This document shows, in pieces, positions 50,388 through 62,025 of a DNA stretch of 64,000 bases. Numbering within the stretch: the stretch's first letter is position 1; the number at the start of each line of letters is the position of its first letter. The stretch is from Mytilus edulis (lineage: Eukaryota), in contig NC_092353.1 in assembly GCF_963676685.1 (NCBI RefSeq), forward strand, positions 620,001-684,000, read 5' to 3'. Both the position numbers and the translations under genes were made by a program. Under the pieces are notes generated by a model. That model did no database searches, had not been told where the DNA came from, and was given only the letters and a program-made list of their open reading frames with translations.

Positions 50388-53062
50388 AGAAGAAAGACGA
50401 GGGTTACAGGTGGAATGAGAATGTGTCTGGTAATATCATGTTTGTTCTTTTCTTTATTACTGAGTTTTAAGGACAGTATTGTCAATCTTGCACAGGTAGA
50501 AGAAAGACGAGGGTTACAGGTAGAATGAGAATGTGTCTGGTAATATCATGTCTGTTCTTTCCTTTATTACTGAGTTTTAAGGACAGTATTGTCAATCTTG
50601 TACATGTAGAAGAAAGACGAGGGTTACAGGTAGAATGAGAATGTGTCTGGTAATATCATGTCTGTTCTTTCCTTTATTACTGAGTTTTAAGGACAGTATT
50701 GTCAATCTTGTACAGATAGGAGAAAGACGAGGGTTATAGGTAGAATGAGAATGTGTCTGGTAATATCATGTCTGTTCTTTCTTTTATTATTGAGTTTTAA
50801 GGACAGTATCATCAATCTTGTACAGGTAGAAGAAAGACGAGGGTTAGAGGTAGAATAAGAATGTGACTGGTAATATCATGTCTGTTCTTTCCTTTATTAC
50901 TGAGTTTTAAGGACAGTATTGTCAATCTTGTACAGGTAGAAGAAAGACGAGGGTTATGGGTAGAATAAGAATGTGACTGGTAATATCATGTCTGTTCTTT
51001 CTTTTATTATTGAGTTTTAAGGACAGTATTGTCAATCTTGTACAGGTAGAAGAAAGACGAGGGTTGTAGGTGGAATGAGAATGTGACTGGTAATATCATG
51101 TCTGTTCTTTCCTTTATTACTGAGTTTTAAGGACAGTATTGTCAATCTTGTACAGGTAGAAGAAAGACGAGGGTTATAGGTAGAATAAGAATGTGACTGG
51201 TAATATCATGTCTGTTCTTTCTTTTATTACTGAGTTTTAAGGACAGTATCATCAATCTTGTACAGGTAGAAGAAAGACGAGAGTTACAGGTAGAATGAGA
51301 ATGTGACTGGTAATATCATGTCTGTTCTTTCCTTTATTACTGAGTTTTAAGGACAGTATTGTCAATCTTGTACAGGTAGAAGAAAGACGAGGGTTACAGG
51401 TAGAATGAGAATGTGACTGGTAATATCATGTCTGTTCTTTCCTTTATTACTGAGTTTGAAGGACAGTATTGTAAATCTTGTACAGGTAGAAGAAAGACGA
51501 GGGTTACAGGTAGAATGAGAATGTGACTGGTTATATCATGTCTGTTCTTTCCTTTATTACTGAGTTTTAAGGACAGTATTGTCAATCTTGTACAGGTAGA
51601 AGAAAGACGAGGGTTACAGGTGGAATGAGCATGTGTCTGGTAATATCATGTTTGTTCTTTTCTTTATTACTGAGTTTTAAGGACAGTATTGTCAATCTTG
51701 TACAGGTAGAAGAAAGACGAGGGTTACAGGTAGAATGAGAATGTGTCTGGTAATATCATGTCTGTTCTTTCCTTTATTACTGAGTTTTAAGGACAGTATT
51801 GTCAATCTTGTACATGTAGAAGAAAGACGAGGGTTACAGGTAGAATGAGAATGTGTCTGGTAATATCATGTCTGTTCTTTCCTTTATTACTGAGTTTTAA
51901 GGACAGTATTGTCAATCTTGTACAGATAGGAGAAAGACGAGGGTTGTAGGTAGAATGAGAATGTGTCTGGTAATATCATGTCTGTTCTTTCTTTTATTAT
52001 TGAGTTTTAAGGACAGTATCATCAATCTTGTACAGGTAGAAGAAAGACGAGGGTTAGAGGTAGAATAAGAATGTGACTGGTAATATCATGTCTGTTCTTT
52101 CCTTTATTACTGAGTTTAAAGGACAGTATTGTCAATCTTGTACAGGTAGAAGAAAGACGAGGGTTATAGGTAGAATAAGAATGTGACTGGTAATATCATG
52201 TCTGTTCTTTCTTTTATTACTGAGTTTTAAGGACAGTATTGTCAATCTTGTACAGGTAGAAGAAAGACGAGGGTTGTAGGTAGAATGAGAATGTGTCTGG
52301 TAATATCATGTATGTTCTTTCTTTTATTATTGAGTTTTAAGGACAGTATCATCAATCTTGTACAGATAGAAGAAAGACGAGGGTTAGAGGTAGAATAAGA
52401 ATGTGACTGGTAATGTCATGTCTGTTCTTTCCTTTATTACCGAGTTTTAAGGACAGTATTGTCAATCTTGTACAGGTAGAAGAAAGACGAGGGTTATAGG
52501 TAGAATAAGAATGTGACTGGTAATATCATGTCTGTTCTTTCTTTTATTACTGAGTTTTAAGGACAGTATCATCAATCTTGTACAGGTAGAAGAAAGACGA
52601 GGGTTACAGGTAGAATGAGAATGTGACTGGTAATATCATGTCTGTTCTTTCCTTTATTACTGAGTTTTAAGGACAGTATTGTCAATCTTGTACAGGTAGA
52701 AGAAAGACGAGGGTTACAGGTAGAATGAGAATGTGACTGGTAATATCATGTCTGTTCTTTCCTTTATTACTGAGTTTTAAGGACAGTATTGTAAATCTTG
52801 TACAGGTAGAAGAAAGACGAGGGTTGCAGGTAGAATGAGAATGTGACTGGTAATATCATGTCTGTTCTTTCCTTTATAACTGAGTTTTAAGGACAGTATT
52901 GTCAATCTTGTACAGGTAGAAGAAAGACGAGGGTTATAGGTGGAATGAGAATGTGTCTGGTAATATCATGTCTGTTCTTTCCTTTATTACTGAGTTTTAA
53001 GGACAGTATTGTCAATCTTGTACAGGTAGAAGAAAGACAAGGGTTATAGGTAGAATAAGAAT
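50388..53062. repeat. 120-bp satellite (~22 copies)
   Basis: Exact two-line periodicity in the listing: agaagaaagacgagggttacaggtagaatgagaatgtg..tgagttttaaggacagtattgtcaatcttgtacaggt. Confidence 0.95.
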
Positions 53063-54812
53063 GTCATTGAGTTGACTAGAGATAATGAAATGGCATAGTC
53101 ATTGGGTTGACTAGAGATAATGCAATGGCATAGTCATTGAGTTGACTAGAGATAATGAAATGGCATAGTCATTGAGTTGACTAGAGATAATGAAATGGCA
53201 TAGTCATTGGGTTGACTAGAGATAATGAAATGGCATAGTCATTGGGTTGACTTGAGATAATGAAATGGCATAGTCATTGGGTTGACTAGAGATAATGAAA
53301 TGGCATAGTCATTGGGTTGACTAGAGATAATGAAATGGCATAGTCATTGAGTTGACTAGAGATAATGAAATGGCATAGTCATTGGGTTGACTAGAGATAA
53401 TGAAATGGCATAGTCATTGGGTTGACTAGAGATAATGAAATGGCATAGTCATTGATTGACTAGAGATAATGAAACGGCATAGTCATTGATTGACTAGAGA
53501 TAATGAAATGGCATAGTCATTGGGTTGACTAGAGATAATGAAATGGCATAGTCATTGGGTTGACTAGAGATAATGAAATGGCATAGTCATTGGGTTGACT
53601 AGAGATAATGAAATGACATAGTCATTGGGTTGACTAGAGATAATGAAATGACATAGTCATTGGGTTGACTAGAAATGAAATGGCATAGTCATTGAGATAA
53701 TGAAATGACATAGTCATTGAGTTGACTAAAGATAATGAAATGTCATAGTCATTGAGTTGACTAGAGATAATGAAATGACATAGTCATTGGGTTGACTAGA
53801 GATAATGAAATGCCATAGTCATTAAGTTGACTAGAGATAATGAAATGGCATAGTCATTAAGTTGACTAGAGATAATGAAATGACATAGTCATTGAGTTGA
53901 CTAGAGATAATGAAATGGCATAGTCATTGAGTTGACTAGAGATAATGAAATGGCATAGTCATTGAGTTTACTAGAGATAATGAAATGGCATAGTCATTGA
54001 GTTTACTAGAGATAATGAAATGTCATAGTCATTTGGTTGACTAGAGATAATGAAATGGCATAGTCATTGAGTTGACTAGAGATAATGAAATGACATAGTC
54101 ATTGAGTTGATTAAAGTTAATGGTGATTATGGTCAATATGTTATTGAGCTGTCTAAAGGTGATTCTGGAAGATAGTCATTGAGTTGACTAAAGATAATAG
54201 AATAGCATAGTCATTAAATTGCCTAATATAATGGAATAGCATAATCATTGAGTTGACTAAAGATAATAGATAGCATAGTTATTGAGTTGTCTAAAGATAA
54301 TGGGATAGCATATAGTCACATGGTTGTCTAAAGATACCGGGATGGCATTGTCATTGGGTTAACTAAAGCTAATGAGTAGGATGTGATTGAGTTGTCTAAA
54401 GATAATGGAATAGCAGGCCCGTAGCCAGGAATTTCCAAAAAGGGGAGGGGAGCTAATTTGGACTCATGAACTCGACTTTAGCAGTCACAATTCGAACAGA
54501 TTGTTGACTTTAGCAGTGCTGATTTGTTTTCAAGGGGGAGGGGTTCCCCGAACCCCTTGGGCTACGGGTATGAATAGCATGGTCTTTGAGATGAATTAAA
54601 GATAATGTGATATTAGCATAGTCATTGAGATGACTAAAGATCATAATGGAATAGCATAGTACTTGAGTTGTTTAAAGATAATGAAATAGCATCGTCATTG
54701 AGATGCCAAAAAGTAATGGGATAGCCGATAGTCGTTGGTTTGTTTAATCTAATGATAATGATAGTCATTGGGTTTGTTAAAATGTAATGGAAAGGACAGT
54801 CAAATTGGTTTG
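53063..54812. repeat. 35-bp minisatellite (~30 clean copies to ~54110, then degenerating)
   Basis: gtcattgagttgactagagataatgaaatggcata. Confidence 0.92.
54414..54572. mobile_element. Short MITE inserted in degenerate satellite; 5-bp TSD aatag
   Basis: caggcccgtagcc / ggctacgggtatg termini with aatag on both sides. Confidence 0.65.
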
Positions 54813-54835
54813 TTATAATCTAATTACTTACTTAC

Positions 54836-57800
54836 TTACTTACTGCCCGGTATGCCATCGGCATGTAGGGCAGCAACAAAGGTTCTCCATTTCTGTCTGT
54901 CTTTGGCCATCTTTTCTACTGTTCCCCATGTTTTGTTCATGGTTTTCAGTTCTCCTTCTACAGTACGCCTCCATGTGTTTTTTGGTCTTCCTCGCTTACG
55001 CCTTCCTTCTGGAGTCCAATGTAATGCTGTTCTAGTGATGGAATTACTATCTCTTCTGATGACATGTCCAATCCATTTCCAACGCCTTTTCACTAATATT
55101 GTACCCATGCTATTTTGCTGACACTGGTTTAGAAGATCTTCATTAGATATTTTGTTTGGCCAGAAAATGCGCAGGATTCTTCTTAAGCTTTTGGTATGGA
55201 AAACCGACAGTTTGTTTTGATCGACCTCTGTCATCCTCCAGCATTTTGATCCGTATAACAGAGTAGATAGTACACAACTCTGGTACAGTTTTAGTTTGGT
55301 CTTCTTACTATACTGGGATGATTTCCATACATTGTTAAGTGATCTAAATATATTCCTGGCTTTGTTCAATCTGTTCATTATGTCATTTCCTGCACCTCCA
55401 TCGTTTCTTATTGTACTTCCTAGGTATGTAAATGTTTCTGTGATGGGGAGATCTTTTCCATCTACTAGGATAGGAGTTGGGTTATTGATGTTAAGCGTCA
55501 TGACTTCAGTTTTGGTTTGGCTGATTTTAAGTCCAACTTGACTAGCAAAAGTGTTAAGGCGGTTTGTCTTCTCTTGTAAATGGTGGTGGGTATGAGATAG
55601 AAGAGCAAGATCATCAGCAAAATCAAGATCTTCTAATGTTGCTGAAAGGTTCCATCTTATTCCTCTTGGAGAATCTTCCATTGTTTTTCTCATTACCCAG
55701 TCAATGACGACATTGAAAAGAAGGGAAGACATCACACAACCTTGTCTAACTCCTGTTTTTACCTCAAACCAGATGTTGCTTTGCCCTACACTGCAAGTGA
55801 AATTGTTGTAGAAACTTTTAATGAGCTCAATTATTTCTTTTGGAATTCCATATGATCTGAGTATTCGCCACAAGGTCTTTCTGTTGATACTGTCAAAAGC
55901 CTTCTGAAAATCCACAAAGTTGATGTAAAGCTGCCTTTGCCATTCTGTACATTGTTCAATGATGTTGCGTAAAGCAAAGATTTGATCTATGCATCCTCTA
56001 CCTTTACGGAATCCTGCTTGTTCCTCTCTTAGCTGTTTATCAACTGCATCTATTATTCTTTGGATAATAATTTTGGCCATGATCTTACTTGGGATTGACA
56101 ATAGAGTTATACCTCGCCAGTTGTTGCAATCACTTAGAGCTCCTTTCTTTGCTAACTTTATTATTATGCCTTTTGTCCAATCGTCAGGTATAATTTTTCC
56201 TTTCCATATTGAAGTAAATAGAGATTGAAGAATTTCAGCTGCAAGTTCTGGGTCGACTTTGAAAAGTTCTGCATTTAGATTGTCCTGCCCTGGTGATTTC
56301 CCATTTTTTAATGCTTTTATTGCTGTTATTATTTCCTGTCTTTCTGTTAAGTTGGTATTTATTTCCAAATCTTCAAGTGCCTCAATTATAATTGCTTCTT
56401 CATCTGGAGCTGGTCTGTTGAGTACTTCTTGAAAGTGTTCTGCCCATCTGGCTTTTTGCTCGTTTTCTGTTGTCAATAGCCTTCCATTTTTGTCTTTTAT
56501 ATGGACATCATTATTGCTTCGAAATTTACCACAGATTTCTCTTGTTATCTTGTAAATTTTTCCCTGTTCACCCTTTTCAGCTGCTTCTTCTGCTTGTTTA
56601 GCAAGGTCTTCCATGTAAGCTCTTTTGTCTGCTCTAGCCATTCGCTTAACATTTTTGTCTAAAACTCTATAGGCTGCTTTGTGTCTCTCTTGTAGCCTTT
56701 CTGATTTTGTGTCCAGTATTTTCTTATTCATATGGCGTCTTTCTTCTATAACCTTCCAAGTACCTGGTGTTATCCATTTCTTCATCTTTTTGCCCTGCTT
56801 AAAACCAAGACAGTCCTGGCTAGTTGTTTCATATATTGTTCTTATTTGATCCCATTTTGTGTTGACTTCTGTTGTTTCTGATGGAACTATGTCAGGATTA
56901 TCTGTTAAAGCTTGAAACTTATTCTTCATTTGAAGGATGAATGCATTCTTTACTTTATGATCTTGTAGTTTTTCAATATCATAACGTGTAGGAACAAGTG
57001 TTTTACGTCCTGTACTTCTCAATTTCATTTTAATATTTGCAGTAACAAGGTGATGGTCACTGCCAACATCTGCTCCCCTCTTAACTTTGACATCTAGTAA
57101 TGAACGTCTCCATGTACCATTTATCATAAGGTGGTCGATCTGGTTCTTATCCCTTCCATTTGGAGAACACCATGTTAACTTATGAATATCTTGATGTGGA
57201 AAGAGTGTTCCTCCTACAACCAGGTTGTATGCTGCACACAATTCTACTAATCTTTCTCCATTATCATTTATAGTACCACATCCATGTTCACCTATTATTC
57301 TGTCCATATCAGTGTTGTTGTTTCCCACTTTGGCATTCAAATCACCCATCACCACTAGAAGATCATGACGTGGTACTAATCTCACTTCTGCTTGAAGTTG
57401 CTCGTAAAAGGTGTCTTTTGCAGCTTCATCACTGTCATTTGTTGGTGCATAGCATTGTATAAGGGTCATGTTGGTGTGTACTCCTTTCAATTTTGCTGTT
57501 ATCAGTCTACTATTAACAGGTTTCCATTCAATAAGTACCTTCTCAGTGCCTTTCTTGAGAATGATGGCTACTCCTTCAAAATGATGGTTGTCTTCTCTGC
57601 CTGAGTAAAGAACTGTTTCACCTGTGTCAGTTTTCATTTTACCAGAACCTGTCCATCTGCATTCACTGACTCCCAAAATGTGCAAGTTATATCGCCTCAT
57701 TTCTGATGTGACCTGTGCGAGTTTTCCAGTTTCATACATAGTACGTACATTCCAGAATCCTATTCTGGTTTTTGCTTTAGCGCTCAGCACTTCATTCCTG

Positions 57801-58012
57801 CCAGTAGCTTCCTTGCGGCTTTCACCACTGGCAATCATACTATTTACTTGAAGGCCTATTCGTAAAGCGGTTGTGTTTGATTCCTTTGTTGCTGTTTCCG
57901 TAACTTTAATCTTTTTATAGGATAGGGTTGTTGGCCCTATGCCAAACCCCCTGCTTGGAGGGCCAGGGATTTTTCGTCGAGGTTTCCTTCCTTTAGATAA
58001 ATTGCCTACCAA
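54836..58012 (-). CDS. RTE ORF: apurinic-like endonuclease + reverse transcriptase (1058 aa from TTG; first ATG at 57838)
   Basis: APE motifs GFWNVRT, LGVSECRW, YAPT, GDLNAK, IDH, SDHHLV. RT motifs NWRGITLLS, QAGFR, FVDFQKAFDS, GVRQGC, LDFADDLALL, YLGS. RTE-type C-terminus KRGRPKNTWRR. Confidence 0.95.
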   Translation of the reverse strand: MVGNLSKGRKPRRKIPGPPSRGFGIGPTTLSYKKIKVTETATKESNTTALRIGLQVNSMIASGESRKEATGRNEVLSAKAKTRIGFWNVRTMYETGKLAQVTSEMRRYNLHILGVSECRWTGSGKMKTDTGETVLYSGREDNHHFEGVAIILKKGTEKVLIEWKPVNSRLITAKLKGVHTNMTLIQCYAPTNDSDEAAKDTFYEQLQAEVRLVPRHDLLVVMGDLNAKVGNNNTDMDRIIGEHGCGTINDNGERLVELCAAYNLVVGGTLFPHQDIHKLTWCSPNGRDKNQIDHLMINGTWRRSLLDVKVKRGADVGSDHHLVTANIKMKLRSTGRKTLVPTRYDIEKLQDHKVKNAFILQMKNKFQALTDNPDIVPSETTEVNTKWDQIRTIYETTSQDCLGFKQGKKMKKWITPGTWKVIEERRHMNKKILDTKSERLQERHKAAYRVLDKNVKRMARADKRAYMEDLAKQAEEAAEKGEQGKIYKITREICGKFRSNNDVHIKDKNGRLLTTENEQKARWAEHFQEVLNRPAPDEEAIIIEALEDLEINTNLTERQEIITAIKALKNGKSPGQDNLNAELFKVDPELAAEILQSLFTSIWKGKIIPDDWTKGIIIKLAKKGALSDCNNWRGITLLSIPSKIMAKIIIQRIIDAVDKQLREEQAGFRKGRGCIDQIFALRNIIEQCTEWQRQLYINFVDFQKAFDSINRKTLWRILRSYGIPKEIIELIKSFYNNFTCSVGQSNIWFEVKTGVRQGCVMSSLLFNVVIDWVMRKTMEDSPRGIRWNLSATLEDLDFADDLALLSHTHHHLQEKTNRLNTFASQVGLKISQTKTEVMTLNINNPTPILVDGKDLPITETFTYLGSTIRNDGGAGNDIMNRLNKARNIFRSLNNVWKSSQYSKKTKLKLYQSCVLSTLLYGSKCWRMTEVDQNKLSVFHTKSLRRILRIFWPNKISNEDLLNQCQQNSMGTILVKRRWKWIGHVIRRDSNSITRTALHWTPEGRRKRGRPKNTWRRTVEGELKTMNKTWGTVEKMAKDRQKWRTFVAALHADGIPGSK

Positions 58013-58200
58013 GGCTGACGAACCATTATCTGCCCGTTTTTGGAGTTTCTTTCTCCTAGATAAATTACCTTCCTGGGTTAACGATTTTCATCTAACCGGC
58101 TATTTACCCATAGTTGGGGCAAGGTTAATGAGAGTAAGGGCGTGTCCACACGTCGGTGGGCCTACACTCTGCATCTTTAGGGCCCTTGCTGCTCCAAGAT

Positions 58201-58428
58201 CCTCTACAGTAAAGCCTGAGATGCTAGACCCCAGTTACCATGTGCTGTCGCGGGGAGGCACTGTAGAAGTCTTGACAGTGTAGAGGCTATGTACTGGCAG
58301 GAGAGGCTTACTCACTCGGCTCTCTCTTCGCTTACATATGTAGGCTAGCCAGCGGCAGCTGCTTTTTATAAAAAAAAACAGCCACACTAGACGCGTACTA
58401 CTGCCCTGTGGAACAACCACCAGCACAC
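58201..58428 (-). ncRNA. Candidate HDV-like self-cleaving ribozyme at the RTE 5' end (long J1/2)
   Basis: Minus strand: P1 GTGTGCT (58428-58422) pairs with AGCACAT (58246-58240) and is followed by GG. P2 CTTCTACAGT/ACTGTAGAGG. P3/L3 GCC-TCCCCGC-GAC. P4 CTGGGGT/ATCTCAG. The predicted cleavage site coincides with the element 5' end. Confidence 0.7.
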
Positions 58429-59740
58429 ATTATAATCTAATGGGAAGGATTATATGGTCATGAGTTTGTCAGTTTAATCTAATAAAAAGGATAGTAAAAC
58501 CCCTTTTCATTTTCGGGCATTTTTGGGGGGAGGGGGACATATAATTAATAATTCAAACCGGTATTTAGTGTGTGCGGATTGGATCCAGGTAGGCGTAGAC
58601 AGTGCCTCCATAATATAATAATTTTTATTTTCATTCATGAAAATTCATTACGTTTTTCACTTCTTTTTTTTTTATAAAATCGTCCAAATTTTGTTTTGTC
58701 TCGCTTTACTCGGCAGTAACTTAATCCGTCTAAGGAAGCACCCCTCCCCCTTTTAAAATCTCCATGGTCCTTCTTCTTCTTCTCTGGATCTTAACACCCT
58801 TTATAGGGTAACCATACTTTGTATGTCGAACAGTTCCACCACCAAAAAAATAATTGAAGAATAAATTAACAATCGTAACACAACATATATACACTATATA
58901 TACATTTTTTAAGTCTTTATGTGTTTATATAAAGGAGGTTTACAGGTTTTATTTTGACTTTTACATGGGAAGTTTACAGTTTTTAATACTTTTAACATGC
59001 AATTAAAGGAAAAATTAATATTTTTACTTTTAGCAATTATTTTTCATATTTTTTTTTTATTTTTGGTTTACTGATCAATATTTAATATGATAACATTTAC
59101 AGATTAGGTCACATATTCACTTTTTAGATAATTCACTTTTTAGATAATTTACAAAATGAAAAAGGCCAAGATTTTGGTCTTTGACCTTTAGGAATTCGCC
59201 TTTATATCTTTAAGGATAATTTGACACTAATTTATTCACTGTGTAGTATGAGTCCGCTTCTGGTAGTGATAATAATTTCCTCAAAAATAGCATTATCTCT
59301 AACAAATTCTCATTCTTATTAAAAACATGTAGGCCTAGGCCTATGCCTAAAATATTTATCAAATGTTGCTCTAGCCTGGTTGCAAAAGGCAAATTTACGA
59401 TAAATCTGGATATTTCCGAATGATTATTTTCTGAACTCCATGACCCATTTCTTTTCCCAGTCCCGTTGATGGGTTACGTTATGGATATGGATTCTAAGAA
59501 TTTCAAGGTTCATGAACATGTGAAATGCTGGCAGGTAAAAGGTTGACAACAAGGTGCTAGGTAAGTTCACATTAACTAATTACGTTGTGTAGAATTGGTG
59601 GTTCTTCGTAAAAGCAAACGAGATGTCATATGATTAAAAATTAGTTGGGAATTCCCACAACGTCAACAACAATATTATTAAATCGCCTCGTAAACACAGT
59701 TATACATGTAGCATGTATTTTCGGCATTATAGGGTTGTTA

Positions 59741-59853
59741 TAGCTGCGGAACCGTAGCTCTTAGGTCCTTATGTTATTTTTTGACTATTTGCGGATGGTC
59801 CGCAAATAGTCAAAAAATAACATAAGGACCTAAGAGCTACGGTTCCGCAGCTA
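59741..59853. mobile_element. Perfect-hairpin MITE (55-bp arms, 3-nt loop), TAG..CTA termini, 9-bp TSD
   Basis: 59741-59795 is the exact reverse complement of 59799-59853. gggttgtta is duplicated at 59732-59740 and 59854-59862. Confidence 0.85.
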
Positions 59854-60171
59854 GGGTTGTTACTGTTAGTGCCATGCTGCTCAGCTTTCTCTCTTCCTTC
59901 TATACATTTCATTATAGATACATCTTTGAACTTTTTTCGTTATTAAAACTTAAAAGGTGACGAAGCAGGGGGCATTCATGACCACCCATTCATGGGCCAT
60001 CAAACTAGTTAAATTTATAATGGTAGCAGTAAAAATACCTGGACTTGCCTTAAATAAAACTCCATAAAAAAGGGGGGGGGCTTGGTCCTGAGCACTCCCT
60101 TATGTGGGTCTCATAGAGGTCTAAGCATGACACAGGATTTGCTGATTTTTTTAAGCGTGAAAGTTGAATAA

Positions 60172-60334
60172 TACACCTTATCGCTATTTGTCTGCCATTA
60201 CTGGATATCACACAGGTTCCCATAAAATGTTGACGTCATAAAACAAAATATCTGACGCCATAATGGAAAAGTGATTGTTGTTGACGTCAAAAGTTCAAGC
60301 GGCCAGGTCAGCCGGGATTAGCGATAAGGTGTAT
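60172..60334. mobile_element. Small MITE
   Basis: TIR tacaccttatcgcta / tagcgataaggtgta. Confidence 0.55.
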
Positions 60335-60633
60335 TAAGCGTGAAAACAGGAAACAAAGTCTGGAGGGACAGAGAAACTTACATGCGCTATTATGGCAACG
60401 AGTAGCAGGATATGGGATTCTCACTAAACAATAAGTGGAGGGTGGTAAACGGGGGTACTGAACACAGAAACATGTGAAATAAAAATCGCAAAAACGTAGC
60501 ACGAAAAATAAAAATCAGGAAAAACGAGGCACGAAAAAATAAAATTGTAAATATTAAGGAAAAAACTACCAGAAGTTATTACTCAGCCGTTCTTGGAGAT
60601 CATGTAGTCATTATTAATTATTAATTGTTTATC

Positions 60634-62025
60634 AGGTCAAGATCTATCTGCCCTGAAATTTTCAGATGAATCGGACAACCCGTTGTTGGGTTGCTGCCCC
60701 TGAATTGATAATTTTAAGGAAATTTTGCTGTTTTTGGTTATTATCTTGAATATTATTATAGATAGAGATAAACTGCTAACAGCAATAATGTTCAGCAAAG
60801 TAAGATTTACAAATAAGTCAACGGGACCGAAATGGTCAGTTGACCCCTTTAGGAGTTATTGCCCTTTTTAGTCCATTTTTAACCATTTTTCGTAAATCTT
60901 AGTTATCTTTTACAAAAATCTTCTCCTCTGAAACTACTGGGACAAATTAATCCAAACTTGGCCACAATCATCATTGGGGTATCTAGTTTTAAAAATGTGT
61001 GGCGTGACCGTCGTCGTCTGTCGTCGTTAACAATTTTTCAAACATCTTCTCCTCTGAAACTACTGAATGGATTTGAATGAAACTTAAAATGATTGTTCCT
61101 TAGATTATCCTGCACAAAGTGTGTGCTTCGATTTTTGATCCGTCAAAAAACATGGCCGCCGTTACTTAAAATAGAACATAGGGGTCAAATGCAGTTTTTG
61201 GCTTATATCTCAAAAACGGAAGCATTTAGAGCAAATCTGACATGGGGTAAAAATGTTCATTAGGTCAAGATCTATCAGCCCAGAAATTTTCAGATGAATC
61301 AAACAAACCATTGTTGGGTTGCTGCTACTTAATTGGTAATTTTAAGGAAATTTTGCAGTTTTTGGTCATTATCTTGAATATTATTATAGATGAAGATAAA
61401 CTGGAAACAGCAAAAATGATCAGCAAAGTAAGATCTACAAATAGGTTAATATGACCAAAATTGTCAATTGACCCCTTAAGGGGTAAATGTCCTTTAATGA
61501 CAATTTTTCACAATTTGTTCATCATATTTGCTAACTTTAAAAAATCTTCTCCTCTGAAACTACTGAATGGATTTGGATGAAACTTAGCATGATAGTTCCT
61601 TAGATTATCCTGCACTAAGTGTGTGCTTCGATTTTCGATCCGTCAAAAAACATGGCCGCCCTTACTTTAAATAGAACATAGGGGTCAAATGCAGTTTTTG
61701 GATTACTAGTATATCTCAAAAACGAAAGCATTTTTTTAATACTTTATGCATTAGGTCAACTATATTTGGTGTCTGAAAATATTTTATGATCTATATGTCG
61801 GTTACGCAGGTTTATTATTTGAACTTGACCTCATTTTCACAGTCCATTGCTAAGTTTTAAGTGTTTGTATTTTGGTCTCATTTTCTTTATTTATAAACAG
61901 TAAGTCATATATATTTGTAATATTGAAGAATTGTTAGCTGTACATGTTTGCCTGGCATGGTTCAATATGTTTAATAAGGCATTGTTTACCAGGTGAGCGA
62001 TTCAGGCTCTTGAGAGCCTCTTGTT
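60634..62025. mobile_element. HINE-like interspersed repeat with long internal duplications
   Basis: Duplicated blocks aggtcaagatctatc.. (60634, 61262) and tcttctcctctgaaactactg (60919, 61045, 61545); terminal aggctcttgagagcct hairpin. Confidence 0.5.

Larger units (their letters stand above)
54825..58429 (-). mobile_element. Full-length RTE-clade non-LTR retrotransposon
   Basis: Single intact APE+RT ORF, (TAAG)n 3' tail (ttacttacttac on + at 54825-54843), and perfect 12-bp TSD ttataatctaat at 54813-54824 and 58430-58441. Confidence 0.93.

Noticed and set aside
54787-58426. Short ORFs overlapping the RTE element (mostly antisense)
   Set aside because: Shadow frames of the RTE ORF and UTR.
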